DNA of 16,251 nt from Candidatus Moanibacter sp. (GCA_965215885.1 CBDCEW010000031.1:1-16251), one strand, 5' to 3'; shown: positions 1 to 9,299, numbered from the stretch's first letter. Notes: generated from the sequence alone by a model not told the origin. Made by a program: numbers and translations.

Positions 1-845
1 GAATACAATCTCCGGCTCAGGTGCGGTCACCGTGACAGTGACCATACTCTCGGTTTGTATACCGTCCTCATTAAATGCCACTAAGCGGTAAATGGTCGTC
101 TTTTCAGGGCGATACGACTCGCTTCCTGAGCCAACCGACACATCGAATGGTCCTCCTCTCCCGGCCTCCTCTAGCGTCAGGCGAGTCGCATTCTGCGTTT
201 CCCACGTCAGGTTTGTCGATTCGCCGCGCCGCATCGTGTCAGGATCCGCCCTGAAGAAAACAATCTCGGGATCCCGCGCACGGACGGTAACCGTCGCTGT
301 CTTCTCGGTTTTCTCCCCGTCTTCGTTAAATGCAACTAGGCGGAAAGTAGTCGTCTTTTCAGGACGAAGCGCTTTGCTTCCTGGGCCAACCGACCCTTCG
401 AATGGACTTTCCGCCCCGCTTTCCTCTAGAGTCGCCCGGCTGGCATCCACCGTTTCCCACCTCACCGTGGTCGATTCGCCACGGCCGATCGTGTCAGGAG
501 CGGCCTTGAAAAATACAATCTCGGGCTCACGTGCGGTCACGGTAACCGTGACTGTTTTCTCGGTTTCCCCCCGTCTTCATTAAAGGCCACTAAGCGGAAT
601 GTGGTCGTTGTTTCAGGACGAAGCGCTTTGCTTCCTGAGCCAGCCGACACTTCGAATGGACTTTCCGCCCCGCTTTCCTCTAGAGTCGCCCGGGTGGCAT
701 TCGCCGTTTCCCATGTCACCGTTGTCGATTCGCCGCGGCGGATCGCCTCCGGTTCGATCTTGAAAAAAACGATCTCAGTCTCGGGTTCGGTCACGGTAAC
801 CGTGACAATACTCGCCGTTTCTTCACCGTCTTCATTAATATCTAC
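1..845. repeat. Tandem 255-bp coding repeat, about 3.3 units visible
   Basis: The homologous TTAA anchor (codons F/I-N-E-D-G on minus) occurs at 71, 326, 580 and 835, giving spacings of 255, 254 and 255. Confidence 0.9.
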
Positions 846-850
846 AAAGC
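1..850 (-). pseudogene. Surface/secreted protein with tandem ~85-aa Ig-like (beta-sandwich) repeats; 5' part missing at the IS, one frameshift, runs off the window start
   Basis: Minus strand repeatedly reads PEIVFFxAxPxTIxRGESTTxxWETxNATRxTLEExG...RPExTTxFRLVAFNEDGxxTExxVTVTV. The frame is open from ~563 to 1. There is a 1-nt deletion at the T3C6 run 564-572 relative to the other units. The IS end at 857 abuts it. Confidence 0.75.
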
Positions 851-856
851 TTGCTA

Positions 857-2773
857 GACCTTATCCGAAAAGCTACTGATTGGCCGCAAAGAGGCGCAAA
901 AGGCGCAAGAAAAACTTGAGAAAAATCATTTTGTGGCTTGATAAAAAGTGTCGCAACATGCTAGTGTTTAACAACTTAAGATTAAGAAAGGAGTTAAACA
1001 TGCCAACATGTGCGACAGAGGAGAACAAAAGCGATAAGACGCCCCTTAGCAACCTCATTCTGCCGGTTCCAGACACGGATTTCCGTGATTTTCTGGATGA
1101 AGTTGAAGAATTGGCCGGGTTCGCGGCGCAAATCATCGAGGCGATCGAGAAGGATCTGGACGCCCATGCGCGTGAGAAGAAGAAACTTCGATTGGAAGAT
1201 CGCAGGTTCTTTGAAGGGCGCACAGCGGAGCTGCCGGAGCTGGACATCGAGGAGGAGAATATTCTGGCTGCTGAATTGAATCTTGGGGCAGGCCGGCCGC
1301 GGATGCCGGCTTATGCGGTATACGTGTTCGTGATGATTCGAGGGTTTCTGGGTTCGTTGACCACGAAACCGGCACGGCGGTTTGTGCGCGAGTCGATGAG
1401 CTTGTACGGATTTTTGCAGAGCGGGGGACTGAGAATGCCGGCGGTGACGACGATTCTGGAGAACGTGAACCTGGTCAGCCATACGACCCGCGAGTTGATC
1501 TTTGATAAACAGATTGGGTTTATCCTCCAGGAGCAATGGGACGATTTCGGGAAGCTGACGATCGACAGCACCTCGGTGAAAGCAAACAGCTGCTGGCCCA
1601 CCGATGGGAAGATTCTGAGCGGTCTTTTGATGCGGGCCAATCGTTTGGGTCAGAAGTTGCATGTCTTCGGGCTGGAGGATTTTCGCAAGGGATGGGTTGG
1701 GCGTTGGCTGGAGGAAATGGACAAGCTGGAGTTTCAGATTTGTCTGGCCGCGGGCAAACCGAAGTCGAAGGGCAAGCTGAAGAAACACTACCGGCGGTTG
1801 CTCAAGCGGGGCCGCAAGGCGGCCGACTCACTAACGGGGGAACTGAGCCATCTTGAAGAGGGCCTGTCGATGGATTCACTGCCTCCCACTCGCCGGGAGC
1901 TTCTGGAGCGGGCATTGAGCCAGATCAGGGGCGATATTGCCGACGCCAAGCGGGTTGTTGAGTATGCTCATGATCGGGTGTTTCACGAAAAGAAGCTACC
2001 GTCCACACAGAAGGTCCTGAGCCTCTCGGACGGATCGGCGGCCTACATCAAGAAGGGCAGCCGCAATCCAGTGATCGGGTACAAGCCACAACTGGTTCGC
2101 AGCGAAAACGGTTTTGTCACCAGCCTGATCGTACCGCAAGGCAATGCGGCAGACTCCATTGAGCTGGCGCCGGCCATCGGCGATTCGATCAAGCGCACCG
2201 GTGTCATTGCTGAACTGGTCAGCACCGATGACGGATATGCTTCGGCGAAGGGACGCAAGGAGGTGCTGAGCATGGGGGTAAAGCAGATCAGTATCAGTGG
2301 GGCGAAGGGCAAGAAGTTGACCACCCCCGAGGACTGGGAGAGCGAGGCGTATCGCGAGGCACGCCGCGATCGCTCCGCAGTGGAGTCGCTGATGTTCACG
2401 ATTAAAGATGGATTTGCCTTTGGCGAACTCGGCCGCCGCGGCATCGATGCGGTAGGCGATGAACTGCTCGAGAAGGTTCTGGCCTACAACTTCTGCCGCA
2501 TCATACTGATGAAGAAACGCCGAGGGGAGGAACTGGAACAGGCAGCCTGAATCTGACCGCTTTGAAGCTCAGAGAAAAAAGCACCACGGGATGAGTATGC
2601 CTCCAGACAGCGGCAAATATACGTATTGTGCAGCAAGCCACGCCGATGGCCGCTCAATACCTGCTCATCGGCAGCGCCGGCAGCCTAAAACCCGAAACCT
2701 GCCAGCCATAGGCTGGTCCGCCCGTGGCGGAGAACCTTAAACCGCCCGCTCGAAAGGCTTTTCGAATGGGGTC
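857..2773 (+). mobile_element. Insertion sequence, DDE type, ISNCY (ISDol1-like)/IS5-related, copy 1, 1917 bp
   Basis: Imperfect terminal IRs GACCTTATCCGAAAAGC (857-873) and GCTTTTCGAATGGGGTC (2757-2773). Same length as, and near-identical to, 14231-16147. Flanks TTGCTA / TAGCTA are not identical. Confidence 0.9.
1000..2550 (+). CDS. DDE transposase (~516 aa), ISNCY/IS5-like
   Basis: Motifs GRPRM, TIDSTSVKAN..WPTD, KVLSL...YIKKG...GYK, STDDGY, RSAVESLMFTIK. ATG at 1000 is preceded by SD AAGGAG (988-993), so it is preferred over the TTG at 880. Confidence 0.9.
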   Translation: MPTCATEENKSDKTPLSNLILPVPDTDFRDFLDEVEELAGFAAQIIEAIEKDLDAHAREKKKLRLEDRRFFEGRTAELPELDIEEENILAAELNLGAGRPRMPAYAVYVFVMIRGFLGSLTTKPARRFVRESMSLYGFLQSGGLRMPAVTTILENVNLVSHTTRELIFDKQIGFILQEQWDDFGKLTIDSTSVKANSCWPTDGKILSGLLMRANRLGQKLHVFGLEDFRKGWVGRWLEEMDKLEFQICLAAGKPKSKGKLKKHYRRLLKRGRKAADSLTGELSHLEEGLSMDSLPPTRRELLERALSQIRGDIADAKRVVEYAHDRVFHEKKLPSTQKVLSLSDGSAAYIKKGSRNPVIGYKPQLVRSENGFVTSLIVPQGNAADSIELAPAIGDSIKRTGVIAELVSTDDGYASAKGRKEVLSMGVKQISISGAKGKKLTTPEDWESEAYREARRDRSAVESLMFTIKDGFAFGELGRRGIDAVGDELLEKVLAYNFCRIILMKKRRGEELEQAA

Positions 2774-2822
2774 TAGCTAGTCCCGGCAAGCCGGGATTAG
2801 GAATTCTGAGCCCGACAGATTC

Positions 2823-3980
2823 CTAGGATCTGAAGCCGGCGACATCGATGTGCTGTTTGCGGATCAATTCCCAGAATGTTCGCCGGTTTTTTTGCGCCAT
2901 CTGTGCCGCCATTGATATATTCCCGTGGCAGGCCAGCAAGGCTCTACTTATAAAAGATCTCTCGAATTCCTTGATAACGACGGCCTTGGCCTCCTTAAAG
3001 GATTCAGGCGGGAATGGTTGAGCCGGTTCGGGCAAAGCGACATCGGTCGGTTGAATAACGGTTCGTTGGCTTAAGACAATCGCTCGCTGCATTACGTTTT
3101 CCAATTCCCGTACGTTGCCAGGCCACTCATAGAGGATGAGTTTTTCCATGGCTTCGGGGGAAAAATCATTAGCCGGCTTGTTGAATTCCGCTGCGTATTT
3201 CTTAAGAAAGTGCCGGGCCAGAATAGAGATGTCCTCCCGTCTCTGACGAAGAGGAGGGAGAACGAAGGGTATGACATTTAAGCGATAATAGAGGTCCTGG
3301 CGAACTTTCCCCTCTCGAAGCGCCGCCTCCGGGTCGACGTTTGTAGCCGCGAGCACGCGCACATCCGCCTGTTGGACCTTCGTGGAGCCAAGTGGCCGGT
3401 ACTCTCTTTCCTGAAGAAAGCGCAAGAGTTTGATTTGCGCATTTTGGGGAAGGCAGTCGATCTCGTCCAAAAACAGCGTGCCGCCGTCAGCCTCACGGAT
3501 CATTCCGGGCTGCGACTTGGATGCGCCGGTATAGGCTCCTTGCTCATGCCCGAACAATTCATTTTCCACTAAATCCGTGGGTATGGCGCCACAATTGACG
3601 GGCACGAACGGTCTGCCGGCCCGGGGGCTGAGATAGTGCAGGGCGCGGGCGAAAAGCTCCTTTCCGGCCCCCGTTTCGCCGGAAATCAGGACCGTGACGT
3701 CGCATTGGGCCACTGTGGGTATTTTCTCAATCTCCTTCCGAAAGACGGGGCTGTCTCCGATGATTTGTTTAAGCCCCAACTTTACTTTGAGGCTCCGTTT
3801 AAAGGCTTCGCCTTTGCGGGTCTGTTCCAGCAGTCTCTTGATGCGTGCAAGGAGATCGGTGGCTGTAAGGGGCTGGGTGATGAAATCTGCGGCTCCAAGG
3901 TTCAGCAGCTCCAATATCTGTTCTTGTTCACAATGTTCCGCGACAATCAGAATTGGGGCGCTGCGCCTCATCAAACTCAA
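2823..3980 (-). CDS. Sigma54-dependent transcriptional activator (NtrC/GlrR-like: partial receiver, AAA+, Fis-type HTH); 5' end probably disrupted
   Basis: Walker A GETGAGKE, GAYTGA loop (GAFTGA variant), Walker B TLFLDEI, DLYYRLNV, WPGNVRELEN, C-terminal GNISMAA..AQKNRRTFWELI. Receiver remnant LGAADFITQP. The frame stays open upstream to a TAG near 4107; ISL3 begins at ~4190. Confidence 0.9.
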   Translation of the reverse strand: MSLMRRSAPILIVAEHCEQEQILELLNLGAADFITQPLTATDLLARIKRLLEQTRKGEAFKRSLKVKLGLKQIIGDSPVFRKEIEKIPTVAQCDVTVLISGETGAGKELFARALHYLSPRAGRPFVPVNCGAIPTDLVENELFGHEQGAYTGASKSQPGMIREADGGTLFLDEIDCLPQNAQIKLLRFLQEREYRPLGSTKVQQADVRVLAATNVDPEAALREGKVRQDLYYRLNVIPFVLPPLRQRREDISILARHFLKKYAAEFNKPANDFSPEAMEKLILYEWPGNVRELENVMQRAIVLSQRTVIQPTDVALPEPAQPFPPESFKEAKAVVIKEFERSFISRALLACHGNISMAAQMAQKNRRTFWELIRKQHIDVAGFRS

Positions 3981-4189
3981 AATTTGAAGCAGGCGACGTG
4001 TCTGTTCCAGTCGGCTGTGAGAAAACAGAATGACAATAATCGACGGTTTGATTCGATCGGAATCAGCCCTGGATGCCTTACGTGCGCCTTTCGGTAAGTG
4101 TTGGAAACACCAGCGCTATTCGATGGAGTGAATTTCTCGAAGAGCCTTATTTTCGGGTCCGCGGATGATTGCAGAAGCCTATAATTCAA

Positions 4190-5670
4190 GCCTCGTCAGC
4201 AGAATCTGTGGGTTATTTCGGGTTCAGGCAAGTCGCCCATGGTATGAAATAGGGCGATCTTAAGCACTTCGAAGCTCTTAAAGCCGTATGCTTTTCTGAT
4301 AGTGAGATTTATATTGCGGTTAAAGCCCTCCACAATGCCGCAGGAAAAGGCCTTTTTTGGCCCGAAACCAGTTGAGGATGAGCGGCTCGTGTTTGCGCAC
4401 CGAGCGCACGAACCTTTTGATCGGTTTGAGGCGCGAACGCATGGCGCGCGTGCACCATTTTTTCAGATACCATTGGGCCCAGTAGGGACTTTTATAATGC
4501 CACAAGAGCTGAAAGCTCTCCTTTAGTAGATAGGCCCGCACGCTCTTCAGATCGTATTGGAGCACCTCCTTGAGGCGGATCTGTTGGGTGGGGGTGAGAT
4601 TTTGCGGATTTTTCAAGAAACAGTATTTGCTTTTGACCAGCACGTTGATGTAGCCGTCCCGTTGCAATCGCCTGGCTTCCGCAGCACGAATCTCATTGAG
4701 GGCCTTGTTCAGGTTGGCTACCAAGTGGAAGCGATCGAGGATGTGCAGCGCCTGGGGTGCCTTTTTCTTGATCACTTTGAGGTAAGGCTTCCACAGATCC
4801 GAGCAGACGTAGAGGATCTGGCTGCTCTTTTGCGCTCCCAATTCCCAGAAAAAACGCAAGAGCGATTTTACGTTGCGCTTATTGAATACGCCCAATAGCC
4901 GCCGCCGCCCCTCGTCAAGCTGGTAGACCACGGTGAGATAGTGATGGCCTCGATGATACTGCACCTCATCGACTCCGATCGCCTCAATCCCGCTCATATC
5001 GCGCCGTTTGAGCCCCCAACGCACCATCGCCTCGACCGACTCGAAGACGTTGCGCCAGTTCGTGCGAAAAACCCTTGCCGTCTCTTCCCAGCTCAAGCGC
5101 CTCGCCCACTGGGCCAGAAACCATTGCATTGGCCAACTCAGATGACTCTTGCCCTTGGCCCAGGGCACCTCTTCGACCTTCACCCCGCACCGCCGGCAAT
5201 TGACCCGCCGCATGCGGTAACGAAAATACACCTTCATCCCCCACAAGGGCACAAATTCAAAATGCCTCGCCTCGCTCATGTGGTCGTAGCCGCTGGCCGT
5301 CCGGCCACACCCCGAACAGCACACCCGACTATTCTTGCGCGGCTCAATCTGCACCACAATCGCCTCCTCCGATTTCACCATTTCCATACTCGCCTTTGCG
5401 TAAACAAAGCTCTTGAGCCAATAGCACCGATTCAGTAGCGTTTTGATGAGCACTGGGTCCTCCGTGTTCAGGATGTATTTTCGGTACTACTTTCATCCTC
5501 GGAACGGCCCGGTGCTTCAACCTTTCAATCCCATATGCAAAGAAAACACCGACCAGCCCCTCCGGCTGTGGAGGAGCGGGATTCAGGGCAGCGCCCTGAC
5601 TTCTCCTTGTGCTCACCGACTCTATTTCCTCTTGTAAGCGACGTTACCCACCCACAGATTCTGCTGTAGG
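4190..5670 (-). mobile_element. ISL3-family insertion sequence
   Basis: 17-bp perfect inverted repeat CAGCAGAATCTGTGGGT (4197-4213) / ACCCACAGATTCTGCTG (5650-5666) around an ISL3 transposase. Exact tips and target duplication are unclear. Confidence 0.85.
4196..5453 (-). pseudogene. ISL3 transposase with a +1 frameshift near the 3' end (~418 aa if corrected)
   Basis: Zn ribbon CSGC..CRRC, IGVDE, CSDLWKPY, LDRFH. After the A6 run (plus strand T 4353-4358) the other frame continues KAFSCGIVEGFNRNINLTIRKAYGFKSF...PEITHRFC* ending at 4196. Confidence 0.85.
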
Positions 5671-5744
5671 ATTCACGGATTCTTGTTTGTATCAAGTATT
5701 GATGTTCGGGTCTAATTTGAGAAACGAGAATTGAGAATCTGATC

Positions 5745-6404
5745 ATGCAGCGCTCAATTGAACATCGTAGATTCCTCGCTTGTTTTTGGCTTGGAACAGT
5801 TGTTCAAAGATGCTCGAAGAGAGAGATTTTCATATTACAGAAACTGGCTCTCGTCGTTGTGCTTTGTATTGCGCCTGGCTTCGGCACGGGATGCGCTACA
5901 GCAAGGATAAGAGCAACTGACGCGAGTAATGCGACCAATTTCGGGAGCGATTCTCAAAAAGAAACGCTAAACGGAAATATCTGGAAGGCGGCCTCGACAG
6001 CACCTATTCCAGATAACTGCTCGGGCTGCAAAGCCACAGGCCAGGGGCTGTTTTGGGGAAACTCGGAGAATCCGGCGGAATCAGACAACTGCCAGAGATA
6101 CGGACTCGGAGTGGTCAAAACATCGACAAATCCAGTATACTTCCTCGTCTCCGTTATCAGCTTGGGAGGATGGGTGCCCTTCGATTTCGAATGGCAATGC
6201 GTCAATGCGCAAGGGTTTGATGGCGAAACGGATACGATATTTTGGCTAAACGAATCGCACAAAGCAGACAACTGTTGGGGTGATGGGTTCGAAACGGTCA
6301 AAGTAACGACAAATTCAAAGTATTTCTTCACTTCGATACTCTCCTTGGGTCACAAAGTGCCACTGGATTTCCAATGGAGATGCGCCAAGCAACCTCCCCC
6401 ATAA
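5745..6404 (+). CDS. Putative lipoprotein with two tandem Bor/Iss-like domains; true start uncertain (possibly ~5832)
   Basis: Hydrophobic stretch plus Cys (LQKLALVVVLCIAPGFGTG-C). Two copies of DNC..G...VK..TN..YF..S..SLG..VP.DF.W.C resemble the Bor-family C..V.T..TF....ITLGIYTP....C pattern. Confidence 0.65.
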   Translation: MQRSIEHRRFLACFWLGTVVQRCSKREIFILQKLALVVVLCIAPGFGTGCATARIRATDASNATNFGSDSQKETLNGNIWKAASTAPIPDNCSGCKATGQGLFWGNSENPAESDNCQRYGLGVVKTSTNPVYFLVSVISLGGWVPFDFEWQCVNAQGFDGETDTIFWLNESHKADNCWGDGFETVKVTTNSKYFFTSILSLGHKVPLDFQWRCAKQPPP

Positions 6405-6438
6405 GGCCGAGAATAGCGATAATCAGGAGAATTCATCA

Positions 6439-7959
6439 ATGAGCAATGGAGATACCCTTCGCACGAACAGCAATCCCGAACCCTGGGAGAACGTGCACAA
6501 GAATTTTTCGCAGCCCATCGAACGCTTTTCTGATATACGCCCGCCACGCGATTCGGCATCTGACATTGACGCGGGGTTGCGAAAGACCACTTCCGATCTA
6601 CAGACTCTCATTAGCAACGCCAGTGCAGACAACCTGCACCTGCGCGCGTTTGGTGGAGGGTGGTCGCTCTCGAAAGTCGCCGCAACCAACGGCTGTCTTC
6701 TCAATACAAAGCGTTTGAATCTTAACAGGTGTGTAGCCTCAGAAGATATATCTCCGAACTATACGGGCGACCGCCGGCAACTCTATCTTGCACAATGTGG
6801 GATGAGCATCAAGGAGCTCAACCTCACACTGGAAACTTACAGCCGATCGCTGAAAGCCTCGGGCGCAAGTAATGGCCAGACGATTGTTGGCGCTATGTCT
6901 ACCTGCACGCATGGCTCGGCCTTTGATTTCGGGCCAATTCCAAATTTCGTCGTAGGCTTGCACGTTATTGTCAGTCCCGATCGGCACGTGTGGCTGGAAC
7001 GCGCATCGCGTCCAGTAGTATCGGATCATTTCATACAAAGTCTGGATACTCAACTCATTCAAGATGATACGATCTTCAATGCAGCGTTAGTAAGCTTCGG
7101 CAGCTTCGGGATAATCCATGCGGTTATGATCGAGACCGGACCGTTATATCTGCTCGAAGCCAATAGAAAGCGAAGCTCCTTTGACGATTCAACTCGCGAT
7201 GCTTTGAACCGTCTCGATCTGCCGAATCTTCCAGTTCAATATCCTGATGAGCGGCCCTATCATTTTGAAGTCACCATGATCCCGAAATATCGCAATGATG
7301 CGGTGCTTTATACCTCGATGTATAAGCGAACCTATGATCCTGATAGACGATCCCCTCCGAATAGGAACCCTATTGAAATGGGCGATGATGCACTTGGCAC
7401 ACTCGGCGGCATAACAGATAACGCAAGGTGGTTGGCTCGCCTGCTTTCTGCAGGATTTGCGAAGAATAATTACAAGCCATACCGTAACAAAATAGGAACG
7501 CTTGGAGATATCTTCACAGATACAGATGTAAAAGGAAAAGCGACGAGCATGTCCGTGGCAGTTCCGCTACACTACGCCAGCGAGGCGCTCGACCGGGTGC
7601 TCTATGTGCATGATCAGGAGGGTCCGTTCCCTGGAGTGATAGTGATGCGATTTGTCAAACGTTGCGAGGCGCTTCTCGCCCAAACCAAATTTGATACTAC
7701 TTGCGTGATCGATCTGGAAGGCGCACAGTCTAACCGATCAACGGAGATTTTTAAAAAGCTGTGGTGTGAGCTGGACGGCAATTTTCCTTTTACCCTTCAT
7801 TGGGGCAAAATTAACGATTGGCTCAACCCCGATCGCGTGCGCGACATGTACGGGTCAAAAGTCGACCAATGGATCGCAAGCAGGCATCAGTTGCTGGACA
7901 GTGCCACTCGAAAGATTTTCTCAAACGAGTTTCTCAAAAAAGTAGGATTGGATCTGTAG
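6439..7959 (+). CDS. FAD-linked oxidoreductase, VAO/PCMH superfamily (aldonolactone oxidase ALO/GULO-like)
   Basis: RAFGGGWSLS, AQCGMSIKELN, GQTIVGAMSTCTHGS, SFGSFGII and C-terminal HWGK motifs. SD AGGAG at ~6425. Confidence 0.85.
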   Translation: MSNGDTLRTNSNPEPWENVHKNFSQPIERFSDIRPPRDSASDIDAGLRKTTSDLQTLISNASADNLHLRAFGGGWSLSKVAATNGCLLNTKRLNLNRCVASEDISPNYTGDRRQLYLAQCGMSIKELNLTLETYSRSLKASGASNGQTIVGAMSTCTHGSAFDFGPIPNFVVGLHVIVSPDRHVWLERASRPVVSDHFIQSLDTQLIQDDTIFNAALVSFGSFGIIHAVMIETGPLYLLEANRKRSSFDDSTRDALNRLDLPNLPVQYPDERPYHFEVTMIPKYRNDAVLYTSMYKRTYDPDRRSPPNRNPIEMGDDALGTLGGITDNARWLARLLSAGFAKNNYKPYRNKIGTLGDIFTDTDVKGKATSMSVAVPLHYASEALDRVLYVHDQEGPFPGVIVMRFVKRCEALLAQTKFDTTCVIDLEGAQSNRSTEIFKKLWCELDGNFPFTLHWGKINDWLNPDRVRDMYGSKVDQWIASRHQLLDSATRKIFSNEFLKKVGLDL

Positions 7960-7960
7960 A

Positions 7961-9223
7961 ATGTCACAAAAGCCAAACATCATATTCATTCTCGCCGACG
8001 ACCTTGGTTACGGGGATCTGGGGTGCTATGGTCAGGAAAGGATCCAAACGCCCGAGATCGAAAAGATGGCGTTGGAGGGGATGCGTTTTGAGGATGCCTA
8101 TGCGGGGAGTCCGATCTGCGCGCCGTCGCGGTGCGCGTTAATGACGGGTCTGCATACCGGTCACAGTCGCATCCGGACGAACCGGCCGAAGCCACTTTTG
8201 CCGGAAGATATCACGGTTGCTGAGCTATTGAAGTCGGCTGGCTACCACACAGCAATATTCGGAAAATGGGGTCTGGGAAAGAAAAACACCACCGGAATCC
8301 CCAACGAACAAGGCTTTGATCACTGGTTAGGGTATTTGCGGCAATGGCACGCACACAATCACTATCCCTCCTATTTATGGCGGGATAGGAATCGTGTATC
8401 GATTCCGGGAAACTTTTTCCGGAGCGGCGGGCTCTATTCGCACGACCTCTTTACGCTGGAAGCCCAACGCTTCATACGGACGCATCGAGCGCGAAATCCG
8501 GAGAATCCCTTCTTCCTGTATCTCGCCTACACGGTGCCGCACAAGGACATGAAGGTTCCAAACCTGGAACCGTATGTCGATCCGAATTGGCGGGAGAAGG
8601 AACAGATCTATGCATCGATGGTGACCCGGCTTGACCGCGACGTCGGATGCGTCCTCGGGTTGTTGAAGGAACTCGAAATTGATGAAGAGACGATTGTCTT
8701 CTTCGCGAGTGACAATGGTCCTCACAGCGAAGGCGGGCATGTAGCGGAGTTTTTTGAGAGTTCGGGTCCGTTGACGGGTAAGAAACGGGATCTTTACGAG
8801 GGCGGAATCCGCGTCCCTTTCATAGCCCGATGGCCCGGTAAGATCGCCGAGAGATCCGTCTGCGACACTCCGATTGCATTCTGGGACTTTCTTCCGACCG
8901 CGGCGGAACTCGCGGGTATGACGCCGTCAGATCTCGCCGGCATCTTGCCGCATGAATTGGACGGTGAATCGTTTGTTCCGCTGCTTCGGGGAGAACCGAT
9001 GGACGATGAGCGCACCTTTTATTGGGAATTCAAAGGACTGTTGAGGCTGCGTCAGGGGGTGCGTCGGGGAAAGTGGAAGGCGGTACGTAAAGGTGTAAAT
9101 GACCCTTTGGAACTCTACGATCTCGAGGCCGATATCGGCGAGGAAAATGACATATCAAGCGATCATCCGGGTGTGGTGGGGGAGATCGAAAATTATCTCA
9201 AGACTGCACGCACGAAGGTGTGA
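7961..9223 (+). CDS. Arylsulfatase (formylglycine-dependent S1 family, Cys type)
   Basis: KPNIIFILADDLGYGDLG, CAPSRCALMTG, GYHTAIFGKWGLG, SDNG, LYEGGIRVP, ELYDL..D.GE. No signal peptide. Starts 1 nt after the upstream stop. Confidence 0.95.
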   Translation: MSQKPNIIFILADDLGYGDLGCYGQERIQTPEIEKMALEGMRFEDAYAGSPICAPSRCALMTGLHTGHSRIRTNRPKPLLPEDITVAELLKSAGYHTAIFGKWGLGKKNTTGIPNEQGFDHWLGYLRQWHAHNHYPSYLWRDRNRVSIPGNFFRSGGLYSHDLFTLEAQRFIRTHRARNPENPFFLYLAYTVPHKDMKVPNLEPYVDPNWREKEQIYASMVTRLDRDVGCVLGLLKELEIDEETIVFFASDNGPHSEGGHVAEFFESSGPLTGKKRDLYEGGIRVPFIARWPGKIAERSVCDTPIAFWDFLPTAAELAGMTPSDLAGILPHELDGESFVPLLRGEPMDDERTFYWEFKGLLRLRQGVRRGKWKAVRKGVNDPLELYDLEADIGEENDISSDHPGVVGEIENYLKTARTKV

Positions 9224-9233
9224 TGGGGGGATG

Positions 9234-9284
9234 CCCTTCGACCCGTCTCCGCTCTGCTGCGCCGTGGCAGGCAAGGCTAAGGGT
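9234..9284. repeat. Nested palindromic element just after the sulfatase stop
   Basis: Outer CCCTTCGAC...GGCTAAGGGT enclosing an inner unit that ends in GCAGGCA. Same architecture as 11973-12017 and 12029-12056. Confidence 0.55.
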
Positions 9285-9299
9285 TTACGCTACGCTTCG

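Noticed and set aside
92..879. Plus-strand ORFs 92-583 and 601-879
   Set aside because: Antisense shadows of the repeat gene.
880..999. 40-aa basic N-terminal extension of the transposase (also 16005-16124)
   Set aside because: It is a TTG start running through a simple repeat and promoter-like DNA; a strong SD precedes ATG 1000.
994..2444. Overlapping and antisense ORFs within the transposases (also in 4302-5438, 13115-14107 and 14560-16131)
   Set aside because: Shadow frames with no recognisable motifs.
5525..5746. Minus ORF MIRFSILV... as the lost 5' end of the sigma54 activator
   Set aside because: Joining at the shared ATTCA (4184-4188 / 5671-5675) gives an immediate stop, and the 5-nt match does not abut the IR symmetrically. 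Unresolved, so not called.
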